Shown in pieces: positions 1 through 10,267 of a stretch of 64,000 nucleotides of DNA. The stretch lies in the IMG/VR virus record IMGVR_UViG_3300042894_008610. One strand, written 5' to 3'. Below the pieces are notes generated by a model that was not told the origin of the DNA, did not search any database, and saw nothing but the letters and a program-made list of their open reading frames with translations. The DNA comes from a virus (taxonomy: Duplodnaviria; Heunggongvirae; Uroviricota; Caudoviricetes). A program made the position numbers and the translations under genes. Position 1 is the stretch's first letter. Each line of letters starts with the position of its first letter.

Positions 1-953
1 AAATTAGGTGAGATTTTAATTTAAAAATCTCTTTGAAAGTATCATCAAAATGTTTTTCGTATATTATTTTTTCTGAATTATCAATTCTGATGGTTTTTAC
101 CTCATCCATAGGATACAAATTTTCAATATACCAATGGTTAGGTTTTACATTCAAGGTATGCACTTCGGAATTATTTATAATAACAATTACAGTTTCCTCT
201 TCAATTTTTTGTGAATTGTAGAAAAGTTTGATTTTGTTGTCTTTTTTATCATAAAAAAGAGTATAATGTAAATTTCTTTCGTAAAAATGTTCTCCCTTTT
301 TGAAAAAACCATTGAGTTCAGATTCTTTTCTAAACAAAACATTTGTGTGATTTTTGAACTCTGTTTTGGTAATATATTCCAAATTTACATTCTGTCCAAA
401 ATCTCTCATCCTTTTTTCAATCTCATCACGATTATAATCGGTGAACAATCGTGGTAATTTGTCAACCCTTACAGACTTTAAAGACCCAAACATAAACCCA
501 TCACTGTCACCAGTTGTTGTGTAAAGAATTGAGTCATAATTTTCTAATAACTCATTGTGTTGTTTTAAAATTTCTAAATCAAGGACCTCACAATCATACT
601 CAATGTGATGTATATTTTTATATCCAAAATTGATTGCAATTTGTGATGCGATTGAAAACATTCTGTAGATTGCAAACCCATAAAAGTTTTTTATGAAAAA
701 AATGGATTTTATGATTTTGTCACCAAAAGAAAAAAAGAAACCAGGAGGTAATAAATCTACGTCCTCAGAAGTATCATTCAAATAGTCGTAGAAATAAAAA
801 TTACATTTTTTTTGAATATGAAAAGGAATATGAGTGTGAGATAATAAGGCAATGTGATATCCACTTTTTGAAACAGAATCAATACACCTCTCAAGAGCTC
901 TTTCTTGTTCTTCCGATGGACAATGAGCCGTTATAAAAATCAAATCTTTCATT
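1..953 (-). CDS. hypothetical protein, 3'-partial (runs off the window start); N-term MKDLIFITAHCPSEEQERALERC...
   Basis: ATG at 953..951 on minus; stop-free translation by eye through to position 1; missing from the ORF track because it is incomplete. Confidence 0.4.
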
Positions 954-984
954 CAATAAAAAATAACAAAATAACAAATTCTGT

Positions 985-1020
985 AAATAAAAAACCCCCA
1001 CTTTATGTGAGGGTCTATTT
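985..1020 (-). terminator. rho-independent terminator, family hairpin CCCCCAC-TTTAT-GTGAGGG flanked by A-run/T-run
   Basis: stem 994-1000/1006-1012; a T-run follows the stem in minus-strand RNA; lies downstream of minus gene 1020..1394. Confidence 0.5.
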
Positions 1021-1394
1021 TATTGTTTGTTAAACGTGAGTGTTATATCACCACCACTTTCAAATTCATTCCACGCTAAGAGTGTTTCTCCACCGTTTTG
1101 TGTCTGAGTCCACGTCTTACCGTTTGCGTCCGCAATCATCTCAATAGTTTGGTCATTGTCCGCCATCCATCCACGGTCCACATACACTCCCGCCTCAGGA
1201 CCAAATGAAAGGTTACCTTGCATATACCATACATTCTCCTGAACCCAAAATAAAAGACTCTTGGTGTTGTGTACCTCTGTTGATGACCACGACACTTGTG
1301 AATTCGGTCCAATTGTTTGATTGCCAGGTCCAACACCATCAATAGTTAAATTGTATTCAGTGTTGTTGTTAATTGTAATATTTGCTTGCCACAT
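1020..1394 (-). CDS. hypothetical protein
   Basis: 124-aa ORF followed by a family terminator. Confidence 0.5.
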   Translation of the reverse strand: MWQANITINNNTEYNLTIDGVGPGNQTIGPNSQVSWSSTEVHNTKSLLFWVQENVWYMQGNLSFGPEAGVYVDRGWMADNDQTIEMIADANGKTWTQTQNGGETLLAWNEFESGGDITLTFNKQ

Positions 1395-1505
1395 AATAAT
1401 TTTTATTTATAAATAGTTTGGAATATGAAACCTGAGAATGAATGTAGGTGTGGTGTGTGAGGGTTTATCCCGAACCTCACCCATCGAAATGAATGAGTTG
1501 GTTTC

Positions 1506-1529
1506 ATATTTATCACATATTTATCACAT
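1506..1529 (+). repeat. tandem direct repeat (ATATTTATCACAT overlapping x2, 11-nt period) abutting the ATG of gene 1530
   Basis: read directly at 1506-1518 and 1517-1529; candidate operator or promoter element in a divergent intergenic region. Confidence 0.4.
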
Positions 1530-1901
1530 ATGAAGTATATCATCACCGAAAGTAAATTAAACGAATATATCCTTAGTGTCATTGAAGAAATGTTCCCTGT
1601 TGATGATATTAATTATACTGAAGCGTATGACGATGATGGGAATCCTGACGATACTGCCTATGTGTTTTATCTTGGGGATTATGAAAATGATGAAGTTATC
1701 TTCAGATGGTATAGTAAGGATTATTGGGATGGTCCAGACGAAAGTACAGTTGATTATAGGATTAGACAATCCCCACTTTTAGTTTTTGAATCCAATAATA
1801 CCTTTTATGAAATAAATTCTATGTTCCAAAATTTATGGAAACCCGTATTTATTAAATGGTTTTACGAATCATTTTCATTACCAATTAAAACAATACTTTA
1901 A
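1530..1901 (+). CDS. hypothetical protein; N-terminal ITES-L motif family; paralog of 1903..2262
   Basis: MKYIITESKLNEYILSVIEEMFP; the tandem neighbour starts MNYLITESQLESLVEQ...MFP. Confidence 0.55.
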   Translation: MKYIITESKLNEYILSVIEEMFPVDDINYTEAYDDDGNPDDTAYVFYLGDYENDEVIFRWYSKDYWDGPDESTVDYRIRQSPLLVFESNNTFYEINSMFQNLWKPVFIKWFYESFSLPIKTIL

Positions 1902-1902
1902 T

Positions 1903-2262
1903 ATGAATTACCTCATCACCGAATCTCAGCTTGAATCTTTGGTAGAACAAAAATCCCCGAACAAAAACTTTGATAGATACAAAAAGATTATTATGAAAAT
2001 GTTCCCTGAGATTACTATGATGTTCTTAGGTGATAGTGTGGAAGGTTGGAGTTCATCTGATAATAAAGCATATCAAAAACAAATTATTAAAGTTGTATTT
2101 GACCCACGTAAAATCACTCAAGGTGAATACTTTGATGGATATTCTTATGACGCATATGAATCGTGTCGAAAAGTCCGTAAATTTATGATGTATGACCTTA
2201 ATATGGACTTTGGTCGGCAGTGGGATTTAGATTGTTATCAAATCACTCTTAAAAAACTCTAA
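1903..2262 (+). CDS. hypothetical protein; N-terminal ITES-L motif family; paralog of 1530..1901
   Basis: start lies 1 nt after the upstream stop; shared N-terminal motif. Confidence 0.55.
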   Translation: MNYLITESQLESLVEQKSPNKNFDRYKKIIMKMFPEITMMFLGDSVEGWSSSDNKAYQKQIIKVVFDPRKITQGEYFDGYSYDAYESCRKVRKFMMYDLNMDFGRQWDLDCYQITLKKL

Positions 2263-2472
2263 TCTTTCTGATGCCGGGACCGAATCTTCCCCTACCCCTT
2301 CTTTGGTTATAATCCCCACAATATCTGATAACCTTACGTTCATCGTTACCTTATTGTCAGTTAATCCTACATATAATTCAGGGTTGCCAGGAACTACATA
2401 AAAATCCTTTATGGTCCATTCCTTTTCGTTGTAACTAATCTTCTTACTTATGATTGGAAATGCGTCTCTCAT
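2227..2472 (-). CDS. hypothetical protein
   Basis: 81-aa ORF; 36-nt convergent overlap with 1903..2262. Confidence 0.35.
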   Translation of the reverse strand: MRDAFPIISKKISYNEKEWTIKDFYVVPGNPELYVGLTDNKVTMNVRLSDIVGIITKEGVGEDSVPASERLEFFKSDLITI

Positions 2473-2477
2473 AAAGA

Positions 2478-2633
2478 TTAAATATCTTTCTTGAGTCTAA
2501 ATGTACACGCAGGTTTTCCATTAATTAGTGGCATTCCGTGTTCATCGTATGTGATTGACTTAACCACAACCTTTTTGTTCTTAAATCTACCCATAAGAAC
2601 CGTGTCCCCCACTTTGATGTCAATCTTAATCAT
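2478..2633 (-). CDS. small hypothetical protein (51 aa, MIKIDIKVGDTVLMGRFKNKKVVVKSI..., SH3/KOW-like beta pattern)
   Basis: ATG at 2633..2631, TAA at 2480..2478; below the ORF-track length cut-off. Confidence 0.3.
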   Translation of the reverse strand: MIKIDIKVGDTVLMGRFKNKKVVVKSITYDEHGMPLINGKPACTFRLKKDI

Positions 2634-2636
2634 TGA

Positions 2637-3065
2637 TTAAACTGTTGGTCCACATCCAGGATTTTTGTTTGGTGAGGTACATTTAACACCCGTGTAAAAG
2701 TCAAACTTCTGTGGTTGGACTCTTATGTTATCCCACTCACCGAAATACTCTTTAAACTTACCGTTCTTAATCCTCTCCCTTATCTCATCTAATTGTGGTG
2801 TGTATTTGTTTTGTTGTTTGGCACCATACATAACACTCTCTATCTTTGCTTTGAAGAACGCTCCTGTGGGTCCGAGTTCTACAGGTGTTGATTGTGAAGT
2901 ATCTTTGGTATCATAAAACTTACCGTTCTCACCTTTAACATAGTAACCTAAAAGACTATCAATATCTTTTTCTAATCCACTTAAAACAGTTACAGGGTCT
3001 TTACCTTGTTCAGATATTACACCCATAACTTCCTTAATTCTTGATATTTGTTCTTGTAGGTTCAT
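2637..3065 (-). CDS. hypothetical protein, MNLQEQISRIKEVMG N-terminal family; tandem paralog of 3067..3504
   Basis: first 10 aa identical to the neighbour; 29-nt identical 5' coding sequence. Confidence 0.6.
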   Translation of the reverse strand: MNLQEQISRIKEVMGVISEQGKDPVTVLSGLEKDIDSLLGYYVKGENGKFYDTKDTSQSTPVELGPTGAFFKAKIESVMYGAKQQNKYTPQLDEIRERIKNGKFKEYFGEWDNIRVQPQKFDFYTGVKCTSPNKNPGCGPTV

Positions 3066-3066
3066 A

Positions 3067-3504
3067 TTAACAATCTCCTATACCATAAAAAATGCAGTCA
3101 ATAAGTTCTGCATCATTTTTATCCCATATGTAAACCATAGAATCATTATCATTCATTCTATCCCTACATAATCTATGGTGTCCATCTATTACAATTAGTT
3201 TTCCCTTGTGTTTGTATAAATGAATATCTTTTTTATCATATGTTTCATCGGACATATCATTTACGTAGTCCATATTAATATCCTTTTGAACACTATAAAC
3301 TTTCTTTGTTGGTGACAATCTTTGTTTTTTTGGGTTAAGTGTGTGTATTAATTCATCACTATCATTTACCACCATATCAAAAATGTTTGTGGATTCTAAA
3401 TCTTTTTTTAATTCAGGTTCGTACATAATTCCACAGTCTTTATGACTTTCGGTTATCATCCCCATCATTGATTGTATTCTTGATATTTGTTCTTGTAGGT
3501 TCAT
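3067..3504 (-). CDS. hypothetical protein, MNLQEQISRIQSMMGMITES N-terminal family; tandem paralog
   Basis: as above. Confidence 0.6.
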   Translation of the reverse strand: MNLQEQISRIQSMMGMITESHKDCGIMYEPELKKDLESTNIFDMVVNDSDELIHTLNPKKQRLSPTKKVYSVQKDINMDYVNDMSDETYDKKDIHLYKHKGKLIVIDGHHRLCRDRMNDNDSMVYIWDKNDAELIDCIFYGIGDC

Positions 3505-4247
3505 TACTTTTTATTCTTAACACAGTTAGGATATCTTTTACCAAACATCGTCTTCATACCTTTTTGAGTATATCCTTTCCAACATCTTTCAGTAATCTCG
3601 GTCTCACTTAACGAACCTTTTAATTCATCTGCTTGTCGAGCTCGTAATTTCATCAAATACATTCGTTCAATCCACTCATCAGGCTCTTTTTGAAGTTCAT
3701 CCTTCTTAAATAAAGTATTTGGAATAATAAAGTCAATCATTTCGTCTTTGGTAATACCTTCAGGTTTTGTTGGTGGTGGAACACACACACTATTCATTTC
3801 TTGGTCTACAGATATCTCATCAACATCAATATCATCCCTACCAACTATTTTATTTACCTCATCCAATTGTGTATCTTCAAACCACTGAAGCATCAAGTGA
3901 GTCAAATAAGTCCCTCTAAGTGATAGAATATTTAAAGTTTCTTTGAACTTACCTTTTGGTATAAATAACGTTCCTGATATAAATGCTCGTTCCATCATTT
4001 TTCTTGGGTCATCCCACACACTTTCATCGTTGTGGAAAAATAATGCCAATTCCATTATAATTTTCCCGTCCTTACACCATTCCAAATCGTATCTTGTCTC
4101 ATAATGTTTTATAAGATATACATTGGAACCCTCAACATACTTATTCAGAATGTTATAAACCACTTTTTCTATATTAGGCGTAGGCTTAGTATATTTGGAC
4201 CTAATCTGTTCCATCAATATTTCTTTAACACAATTCGTCAAGTTCAT
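3504..4247 (-). CDS. hypothetical protein (Lys-rich C-terminal tail ...KGMKTMFGKRYPNCVKNKK)
   Basis: the track ORF begins at a GTG at 4289; the first ATG (4247) gives N-term MNLTNCVKEILMEQIRSKY, a weak N-terminal family motif. Confidence 0.45.
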   Translation of the reverse strand: MNLTNCVKEILMEQIRSKYTKPTPNIEKVVYNILNKYVEGSNVYLIKHYETRYDLEWCKDGKIIMELALFFHNDESVWDDPRKMMERAFISGTLFIPKGKFKETLNILSLRGTYLTHLMLQWFEDTQLDEVNKIVGRDDIDVDEISVDQEMNSVCVPPPTKPEGITKDEMIDFIIPNTLFKKDELQKEPDEWIERMYLMKLRARQADELKGSLSETEITERCWKGYTQKGMKTMFGKRYPNCVKNKK

Positions 4248-4330
4248 AATAATAAATACTTGGTTAATATTTATATTAACAATAGCCACCCTGTTATCAG
4301 GGCAATTTAGGACCGTTACCGTTTCGGTAA

Positions 4331-4369
4331 CAAAAAAAAGGGGAATTCGCTACTCCCCTTTTTATTTTA
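4331..4369. terminator. hairpin (AGGGGA...TCCCCT) with flanking A-run/T-run; a second small hairpin at 4313-4330
   Basis: read directly; lies between minus genes. Confidence 0.45.
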
Positions 4370-4985
4370 AACTCTCAGGTAAATAAAGTAATGTTGGGTT
4401 TTTCTTTTGAATATCAACATCAGGATATCTTTCCTTGAATTTCATTGTATTGAAGGGTTGTGTGATGATGTGTACCCCACTCCTTGTTTTAATGTATGTC
4501 ATAAATGTATCCCTACCATCTTCCTTATGTAACTCATTAATGAATTCTCTCATAGAAGTGTAATAACTGTTATGTGCAAAGTTATCAAGACTTACATTGT
4601 CAATATCAATAACCCAACGTTTCTCTTGTGTTTTAATTTGACCAACAACAGAATCAAACAGGTGTTGTTGTTTTAGGTTTCCGTCCTGAATTCTTTGAGC
4701 AAGGGCGACCATCATATTCAATGATACATCTTTGTGGTTTTGCTTTTGAACGTGAATATATGCACGAGCTTTGAACATCTCACAGAGTTGTTTAATCTCT
4801 TCATATCGTTTTTCAAGATACTCAATACTACTAACACAATATGTTTTAATAGTCCTAACCGATTGGTGATTATCTCTTTCACCTTCAGGTTGGTCTTTCT
4901 TTCTCTTGAAGACATAGAGCATATAAAAATCACCCTCGTTTTCGAAGTTAAGTAGTTGTTTTATTTGTAGTATATTATCTATCAT
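4362..4985 (-). CDS. hypothetical protein
   Basis: 207-aa ORF. Confidence 0.5.
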   Translation of the reverse strand: MIDNILQIKQLLNFENEGDFYMLYVFKRKKDQPEGERDNHQSVRTIKTYCVSSIEYLEKRYEEIKQLCEMFKARAYIHVQKQNHKDVSLNMMVALAQRIQDGNLKQQHLFDSVVGQIKTQEKRWVIDIDNVSLDNFAHNSYYTSMREFINELHKEDGRDTFMTYIKTRSGVHIITQPFNTMKFKERYPDVDIQKKNPTLLYLPESLK

Positions 4986-4988
4986 AAA

Positions 4989-5231
4989 TTATTTTATAAA
5001 TGTATTATAAATTGCGGAGTTGGCAATAAAAAATGCACACCAACCTAAAATACTCATAACCACCACATATCCAACATAAAGTTCATCTTTATTGTCGAAT
5101 TGAAATTTTAAATATTCTTTGAATGATTTCATATCAACAAGTTTACTGACGGTCCAATGCATCAACAAAACCTCCAATACACCAACTAAAATTAAAATAA
5201 ACAATACCATCATTTCCATATTTTTTTCCAT
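4989..5231 (-). CDS. small membrane protein (2 predicted TM helices)
   Basis: hydrophobic stretches LFILILVGVLEVLL and ILGWCAFFIANSAIY. Confidence 0.45.
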   Translation of the reverse strand: MEKNMEMMVLFILILVGVLEVLLMHWTVSKLVDMKSFKEYLKFQFDNKDELYVGYVVVMSILGWCAFFIANSAIYNTFIK

Positions 5232-5491
5232 CGGTTTTTAATTTCATCACCGTAACAAATAACAACCCCCAGTAAAAATATACCAAGAACCGTTCCTATA
5301 ATTGTGTAAAAGTGTTCAGGTCTCATAATCTATAATTTAAAAAAGTTTATCGTACAACCATCTGAATACATAATCGACTCCTCTAAAGATAACGTAAACA
5401 AGACAATAAAGTAGGAGGAGGTAGATTAAAATCATACCACAAAGATATAATCTTATTTTGATATAACCAACACGACCACTATTTATTTTTA

Positions 5492-5764
5492 ATGGATAAC
5501 GCAATCGTCATAAAAAAACTACTACTAGCCCTTTTGAGGAGACAGTACCCCGAAATTGTTGATGTCGTAGTTAGTGTTAGAAAGGACCCTATGTTAGAAT
5601 ATCGCACAGATTATTTTATCTACATTGGAGTCGCTTATAAGGACTTGTTAAATATCAATGCAAGTAAAATGATGAACGATGCCAGAGAAATTGTTTACGA
5701 TGTTGCAGGAGGAAGAAATAGTTTTAATAGCGTTTCAATTCAAACCTATGACCCGAATAATTAA
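5492..5764 (+). CDS. hypothetical protein
   Basis: 90-aa plus-strand ORF in an otherwise minus-strand region. Confidence 0.4.
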   Translation: MDNAIVIKKLLLALLRRQYPEIVDVVVSVRKDPMLEYRTDYFIYIGVAYKDLLNINASKMMNDAREIVYDVAGGRNSFNSVSIQTYDPNN

Positions 5765-6192
5765 GTTGTTGAATTAATCGACTCAGCAATCATCTTTTTA
5801 AATTTTGTCGTACTCCATCCGTGAGAACGATTTAAATAATGAATGTCAATTGGAAGTTCCTTACCAGTAAAGTCTTTATCTTTGTAATCATCACCCAGGA
5901 ATCTCACACCAGGACTTACTTTCAAAATAAGTTCAACCAATTCTTTTTCTGTTGTGTAGGTTGAGACCTCATTAACGTATTTAAGTGATAACAACATTTT
6001 GACTCTCTCCTCAACACTTAGGATTGGTTTTAACTTCTCAGGTCTTTCGATGGTTGGGTCAGTGTGCAACAACACGTGGACCCAATAACAATGTTCTTTC
6101 ATCTCTTTGAACATCTCGATATATCCAGGATGGATAACATCAAAATTACCAGCAATCACACCAATACTATACTTCTCACTATTTGGTTTCAT
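5761..6192 (-). CDS. cytidylyltransferase-like nucleotidyltransferase (TagD/RfaE-domain-II-like, HxGH motif)
   Basis: GNFDVIHPGYIEMF matches the G-x-FD-x-x-H-x-GH nucleotidyltransferase signature. Confidence 0.6.
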   Translation of the reverse strand: MKPNSEKYSIGVIAGNFDVIHPGYIEMFKEMKEHCYWVHVLLHTDPTIERPEKLKPILSVEERVKMLLSLKYVNEVSTYTTEKELVELILKVSPGVRFLGDDYKDKDFTGKELPIDIHYLNRSHGWSTTKFKKMIAESINSTT

Positions 6193-6201
6193 AAAATAAA
6201 A

Positions 6202-6600
6202 TTAAAAATGGTTCCTATAAAAATAAATTATGTCAGGAAACCTCTCAAATATCTTTGCCGTGACATCACATAACCACAGGTCTAAATTATAATCTATCGA
6301 GTAAATTGATGGTAACACATACCAAGCACCACCAATTTCTTTTTTACCGTCTTTAGTCTTAATCAAAGTGTATGATGCTTTCATTTTCTCATCCGACAAG
6401 GTACACTTGAACTCACTATCACCTTGAGCAATTAATTCACAGAGATAGTCAGCACCTGATATCATCTCGAGTTCGTCAATATCACCTTCCCATTTGGGAA
6501 TGTCCACAAACCATCTGCTTTCAGGGGTTTTATAAAATCTATATGTTACTTCCATATTCTTGAGATTTGTTTTCTCAGAGGGGTTTTTATAATTATACAT
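6202..6600 (-). CDS. hypothetical protein
   Basis: 132-aa ORF. Confidence 0.45.
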   Translation of the reverse strand: MYNYKNPSEKTNLKNMEVTYRFYKTPESRWFVDIPKWEGDIDELEMISGADYLCELIAQGDSEFKCTLSDEKMKASYTLIKTKDGKKEIGGAWYVLPSIYSIDYNLDLWLCDVTAKIFERFPDIIYFYRNHF

Positions 6601-6677
6601 TATTAAAAAAAAAGTTTCAACTTGTTTGGGTAGATTAAACGGTAAAAACTTATATTTGTGGGTATTTATCTTTAACT

Positions 6678-7571
6678 ATGAGTGATTACAGACAATATAT
6701 TACGGAATCCGTAAATTTGCGTGACTATTTAACAGATTCTGATTACGAGATTATATTTTATGATATGTTGAGGGATTTTGCCTTCGAGAGAAATCCAAAG
6801 TTATCTCGTAGAATCAATATGTCATATCTAATGACTAATTTTTTAGATAGTTTTATTAAACACTATAATTTGGATAAGAATAAAACACGTTATAGTCCAA
6901 GAGGTATTCCTGCAATTTATGGTCGTGAACTTTATGACGCAGGTTTATATGAAGTATCAATTTATTCACCTGAGAAAAAATTTACAGACACGTTCAAAAG
7001 ATATTTAAATTGGTCAATATCAAAAATGAATATACCTAAAGAAGTTAATTACACCGTAACTGAAGAAATACCTAATAATGTAGAATTCCGTACATTTATA
7101 AATTATGAAGATATTGTTAAATCAGGCCAAGTAAATCCCGAAATTTTAAAATACACGTCTCGTTCATATTCATCTCCATTTAACAAATTAGTTAGTGACT
7201 TGAAGTCTGAGCTAAACCTAAAGAAGGGTAACCCAACTGAAGGAGGTATACAATTTAACGTATACGAAACAGAATATACTGGCCGTCAGGAGTGGACTCA
7301 AAAATTCCTTAAACAACTTAGAAAATTTGTCAAGTCAAACGAGTTTTTAAAAGACAAGGTTAAAGCAATTAAACTAAAAGAAAACAACTACAGAATGGAC
7401 CTCGACATAATTTTAAATAACCCTGACCAATACACATCTTGGCATAGTCGTAGTGAAAATAGAGAAAAATTACAAAATATTTTCACCGTTATTAAAGATT
7501 ACATTGAAGGTGAAGGATATAGTTTATCAGTATTTGAAATAGATTCACCTACTATGAGAAAACACTTTTAA
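6678..7571 (+). CDS. hypothetical protein; N-term MSDYRQYITESVNLRDYL (motif family)
   Basis: 297-aa ORF followed directly by a bidirectional terminator. Confidence 0.55.
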   Translation: MSDYRQYITESVNLRDYLTDSDYEIIFYDMLRDFAFERNPKLSRRINMSYLMTNFLDSFIKHYNLDKNKTRYSPRGIPAIYGRELYDAGLYEVSIYSPEKKFTDTFKRYLNWSISKMNIPKEVNYTVTEEIPNNVEFRTFINYEDIVKSGQVNPEILKYTSRSYSSPFNKLVSDLKSELNLKKGNPTEGGIQFNVYETEYTGRQEWTQKFLKQLRKFVKSNEFLKDKVKAIKLKENNYRMDLDIILNNPDQYTSWHSRSENREKLQNIFTVIKDYIEGEGYSLSVFEIDSPTMRKHF

Positions 7572-7608
7572 ATAAAAACCCCCACTTTAAGTGAGGGTTT
7601 TTTGTTTT
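7572..7608. terminator. bidirectional rho-independent terminator, family hairpin CCCCCAC-TTTAA-GTGAGGG + T-run
   Basis: stem 7579-7585/7591-7597, T-run 7598-7608; sits between convergent genes. Confidence 0.6.
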
Positions 7609-7828
7609 ACCAAGATTCAACATCAGTTAAATCAATTTCAACCTTAGCCAGGTGACTATAAACCACAAGACCATTTCCAATTCCTGTTGGAGTTATTTTC
7701 CAAGTGAATGTACCATATTCTCCATAAATCGCTTTAATGTGTGATAACCATTCGTCATACATTTCCTGTTGTTTCTCATTAAGTTCCTCGTGAATTACAG
7801 TTTTTCTTATTTTATTCTCTTCCATCAC
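7607..7828 (-). CDS. hypothetical protein
   Basis: 73-aa ORF; 4-nt overlap with the upstream ligase gene. Confidence 0.45.
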   Translation of the reverse strand: MMEENKIRKTVIHEELNEKQQEMYDEWLSHIKAIYGEYGTFTWKITPTGIGNGLVVYSHLAKVEIDLTDVESW

Positions 7829-8838
7829 TTCTCGTTTAATAAGAATTTATTACTGATTGCTTTGAAACTTATTTTGGTATCGTAAGACCTAACCACAACA
7901 CCTTCACGTTCAGTATTCCTGTTTAATACGGAACTACCTTCAGCATATTTTAACATACCTTCAACAGAATTTGGTAACAAGAAGTCCATCTCCAAGAAAG
8001 GAACATAATCAAAACCACAATTCTCCATAAGGTCAACAAACTTTGGCATAGTATATCTAACACCATTATCAATGTCAAAGGCGTTGAAGAACTTTACCAT
8101 CTGACCTTTAATTTTGTATGGGTTACCCTGAATACCTTCACCAATTAATTCACCTTGTAAACAAACGTTTTTGCCCAATGAACTTAACTTTTCTTCTATG
8201 TTCATTTCACGAGCAACTTTCCAAAAAGTATTACCTTCAGTTTCTAAAAGTTCCAAATTACGAGAACAAACACCAAACTCACCTTTTCTAAAGTAGAATG
8301 TTGCAGATGAACCATCCAACTTTTCAGTTACGTAAAATTTGTGTTCACTCCTGTAACACATCGCAGAGTATTCAACAGAGATGTTCTGAACCCTTTCCTC
8401 ATCAGTTTTGTGTAAGAACGATGGGAACGGACCTTTGACTTTACCAGCAAGTTCTGCGGGGATTGGTGGTTCGTATTTAACGATACCCAATCTCTCGGTA
8501 ACATCAAGACCCTCATAAGCTGTCCAACCAAAGTCCCCGAAGACACTCATAGGTAAGATTAAACCTTGTGAAACTTGTCCACGAAGTTTAATGGTTTTTA
8601 AACGGAAACCTTCTTGGTCACCCATTTTTTTGTAAGACGATTTACGCAAGAACTCGAACTCTTCTTTGATTGGTAGGAATGAATCAATCTCACAGTATAC
8701 ACACAAGTCACCAGGTTCGTATTCACCTTTCTTGGTAACAACCTTCCAACCTCCTACAACGGCAACTTCAATCGCATCGGCTCCGACGATTTCTTGGATG
8801 TCAGTAACTTTTCTAATAGACGCTAATTTTCTTTCCAT
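7825..8838 (-). CDS. ATP-dependent RNA ligase (nucleotidyltransferase KxDG motif; PF09414-like N-terminal domain)
   Basis: N-term MERKLASIRKVTDIQEIVGADAIEVAVVGGWKVVTKKGEYEPGDLCVYCEIDSFLP is typical of phage/bacterial Rnl-family ligases; motif I KLDGSS. Confidence 0.7.
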   Translation of the reverse strand: MERKLASIRKVTDIQEIVGADAIEVAVVGGWKVVTKKGEYEPGDLCVYCEIDSFLPIKEEFEFLRKSSYKKMGDQEGFRLKTIKLRGQVSQGLILPMSVFGDFGWTAYEGLDVTERLGIVKYEPPIPAELAGKVKGPFPSFLHKTDEERVQNISVEYSAMCYRSEHKFYVTEKLDGSSATFYFRKGEFGVCSRNLELLETEGNTFWKVAREMNIEEKLSSLGKNVCLQGELIGEGIQGNPYKIKGQMVKFFNAFDIDNGVRYTMPKFVDLMENCGFDYVPFLEMDFLLPNSVEGMLKYAEGSSVLNRNTEREGVVVRSYDTKISFKAISNKFLLNEK

Positions 8839-8864
8839 ATGTTTTTTTTACAAACATACGGATT

Positions 8865-9530
8865 TTATCTGATTTTACCAACACTAAACCCGTCGCTATC
8901 TACAACAATCCCTGTTCTTTTGAAGAAATTTTCATAGAAGTAGTCATTTAATTCATCTTGTATCTCCATACTAACTTCCCATCCAATCTCCTCATCATTA
9001 ACAACATCTTTCAAATTTCTAGGTTCATAGTCACCTGTCATAACTAAACTAACAGTACCATCTACGATTGCCCAAAAATCAATTCGTTTTAAATCTTCAT
9101 TTACGTGGTAGTTTTTTATTTTGAAGTCAAAGTTGTATCCACCACTTTCTACGTGATGTTTTGATAACAAAAAGTCTAAATTATTTTTAATTATATTATC
9201 AAAACCACCCAACACATTTCTAATTAAAATATGACGAGCTTTTTCAAGAGTCATCCCATTTTTACCAATAAAAAACTCTTTGAATGTGTCATCCAATAAA
9301 GGTCGTTTAGTTAAAACTCGTTTAACAGTCTCATCGAATGATGTGTCTTCATTGATTGGATTTGGTTGGTTATCGTGCCAACACTTATGACAAATGTATG
9401 TGTCATCACCACCTTCAGATATCTTCCAAGACCACCCACAATTATCACATATAACCTCACCATTCTCAACTTTTTCGGTAAGTAATGTCATAACTTGTTT
9501 TATACGTGAAATGTCTTCAGATAGTCTCAT
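8865..9530 (-). CDS. hypothetical Zn-ribbon protein (CDNCGW...CHKCWHD); N-term MRLSEDISRIKQVM (motif family)
   Basis: the track ORF starts at a TTG at 9554; the first ATG at 9530 places the family motif at the N-terminus. Confidence 0.5.
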   Translation of the reverse strand: MRLSEDISRIKQVMTLLTEKVENGEVICDNCGWSWKISEGGDDTYICHKCWHDNQPNPINEDTSFDETVKRVLTKRPLLDDTFKEFFIGKNGMTLEKARHILIRNVLGGFDNIIKNNLDFLLSKHHVESGGYNFDFKIKNYHVNEDLKRIDFWAIVDGTVSLVMTGDYEPRNLKDVVNDEEIGWEVSMEIQDELNDYFYENFFKRTGIVVDSDGFSVGKIR

Positions 9531-9547
9531 ATTAATAAATATCCCTA

Positions 9548-10267
9548 TCACCAATAACCAACATCTTTCTTAAAATGCTCAATGTTGTGTCTGTTAAAAT
9601 AGTTGCTTATTACCAATCTAATCATTCCAAAATACCCCATCTTTAGAAATCTACGATTATCTTGCCCAACATAGTGTTTTGATATTTGGAACTTTTTTGG
9701 ACTGTATTGTTTACTGAGATGATAATCTTCTGAGTGTTGGAGCGTTTCATCGAACCCATCTGTACTGAAGAACGCACTACGAGTTGTCATAAAATAAGTC
9801 CCTAACGCAAACGGAACTTTCTTTTTCATAATGTGATTAATCCTGTTGAAAATCTTAAATATCATTTCACATTTAACATCACCATTTATACACCTAACAT
9901 TACAAGTCAACAAATCAAGGTTGTTATCCTCCATTTGTTTTAACGTGTCTTTTATTTGATTTGGGTTTAATAACGTTGAGTCAGCATCAAGGAATAAAAT
10001 ATATGGTGTAGTACTTCTCATCGCACCTTGATTTCTCCCGTAAGCTACAGGACCACCATTAATCAACTCAATTTTGATTGTTGGCTCATAATAAGTTTTT
10101 AAAGACTTAACTAAGTCTCTTGTACCATCGGTGCTCTTAGCGTCTGCGACAATAACTTTAGTTCCCCAAATCCCATTTTGTGAAGCGATACTTGTAATTG
10201 TAGCATCAATATACTTCCATTCATTATAGGATGGTATCACAATTGTTAGTTTATCTTTAATACTCAT
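9548..10267 (-). CDS. family 2 glycosyltransferase (GT-A fold)
   Basis: LTIVIPSYNEWKYIDATITSIASQ and a DxD-like FLDAD. Confidence 0.7.
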   Translation of the reverse strand: MSIKDKLTIVIPSYNEWKYIDATITSIASQNGIWGTKVIVADAKSTDGTRDLVKSLKTYYEPTIKIELINGGPVAYGRNQGAMRSTTPYILFLDADSTLLNPNQIKDTLKQMEDNNLDLLTCNVRCINGDVKCEMIFKIFNRINHIMKKKVPFALGTYFMTTRSAFFSTDGFDETLQHSEDYHLSKQYSPKKFQISKHYVGQDNRRFLKMGYFGMIRLVISNYFNRHNIEHFKKDVGYW

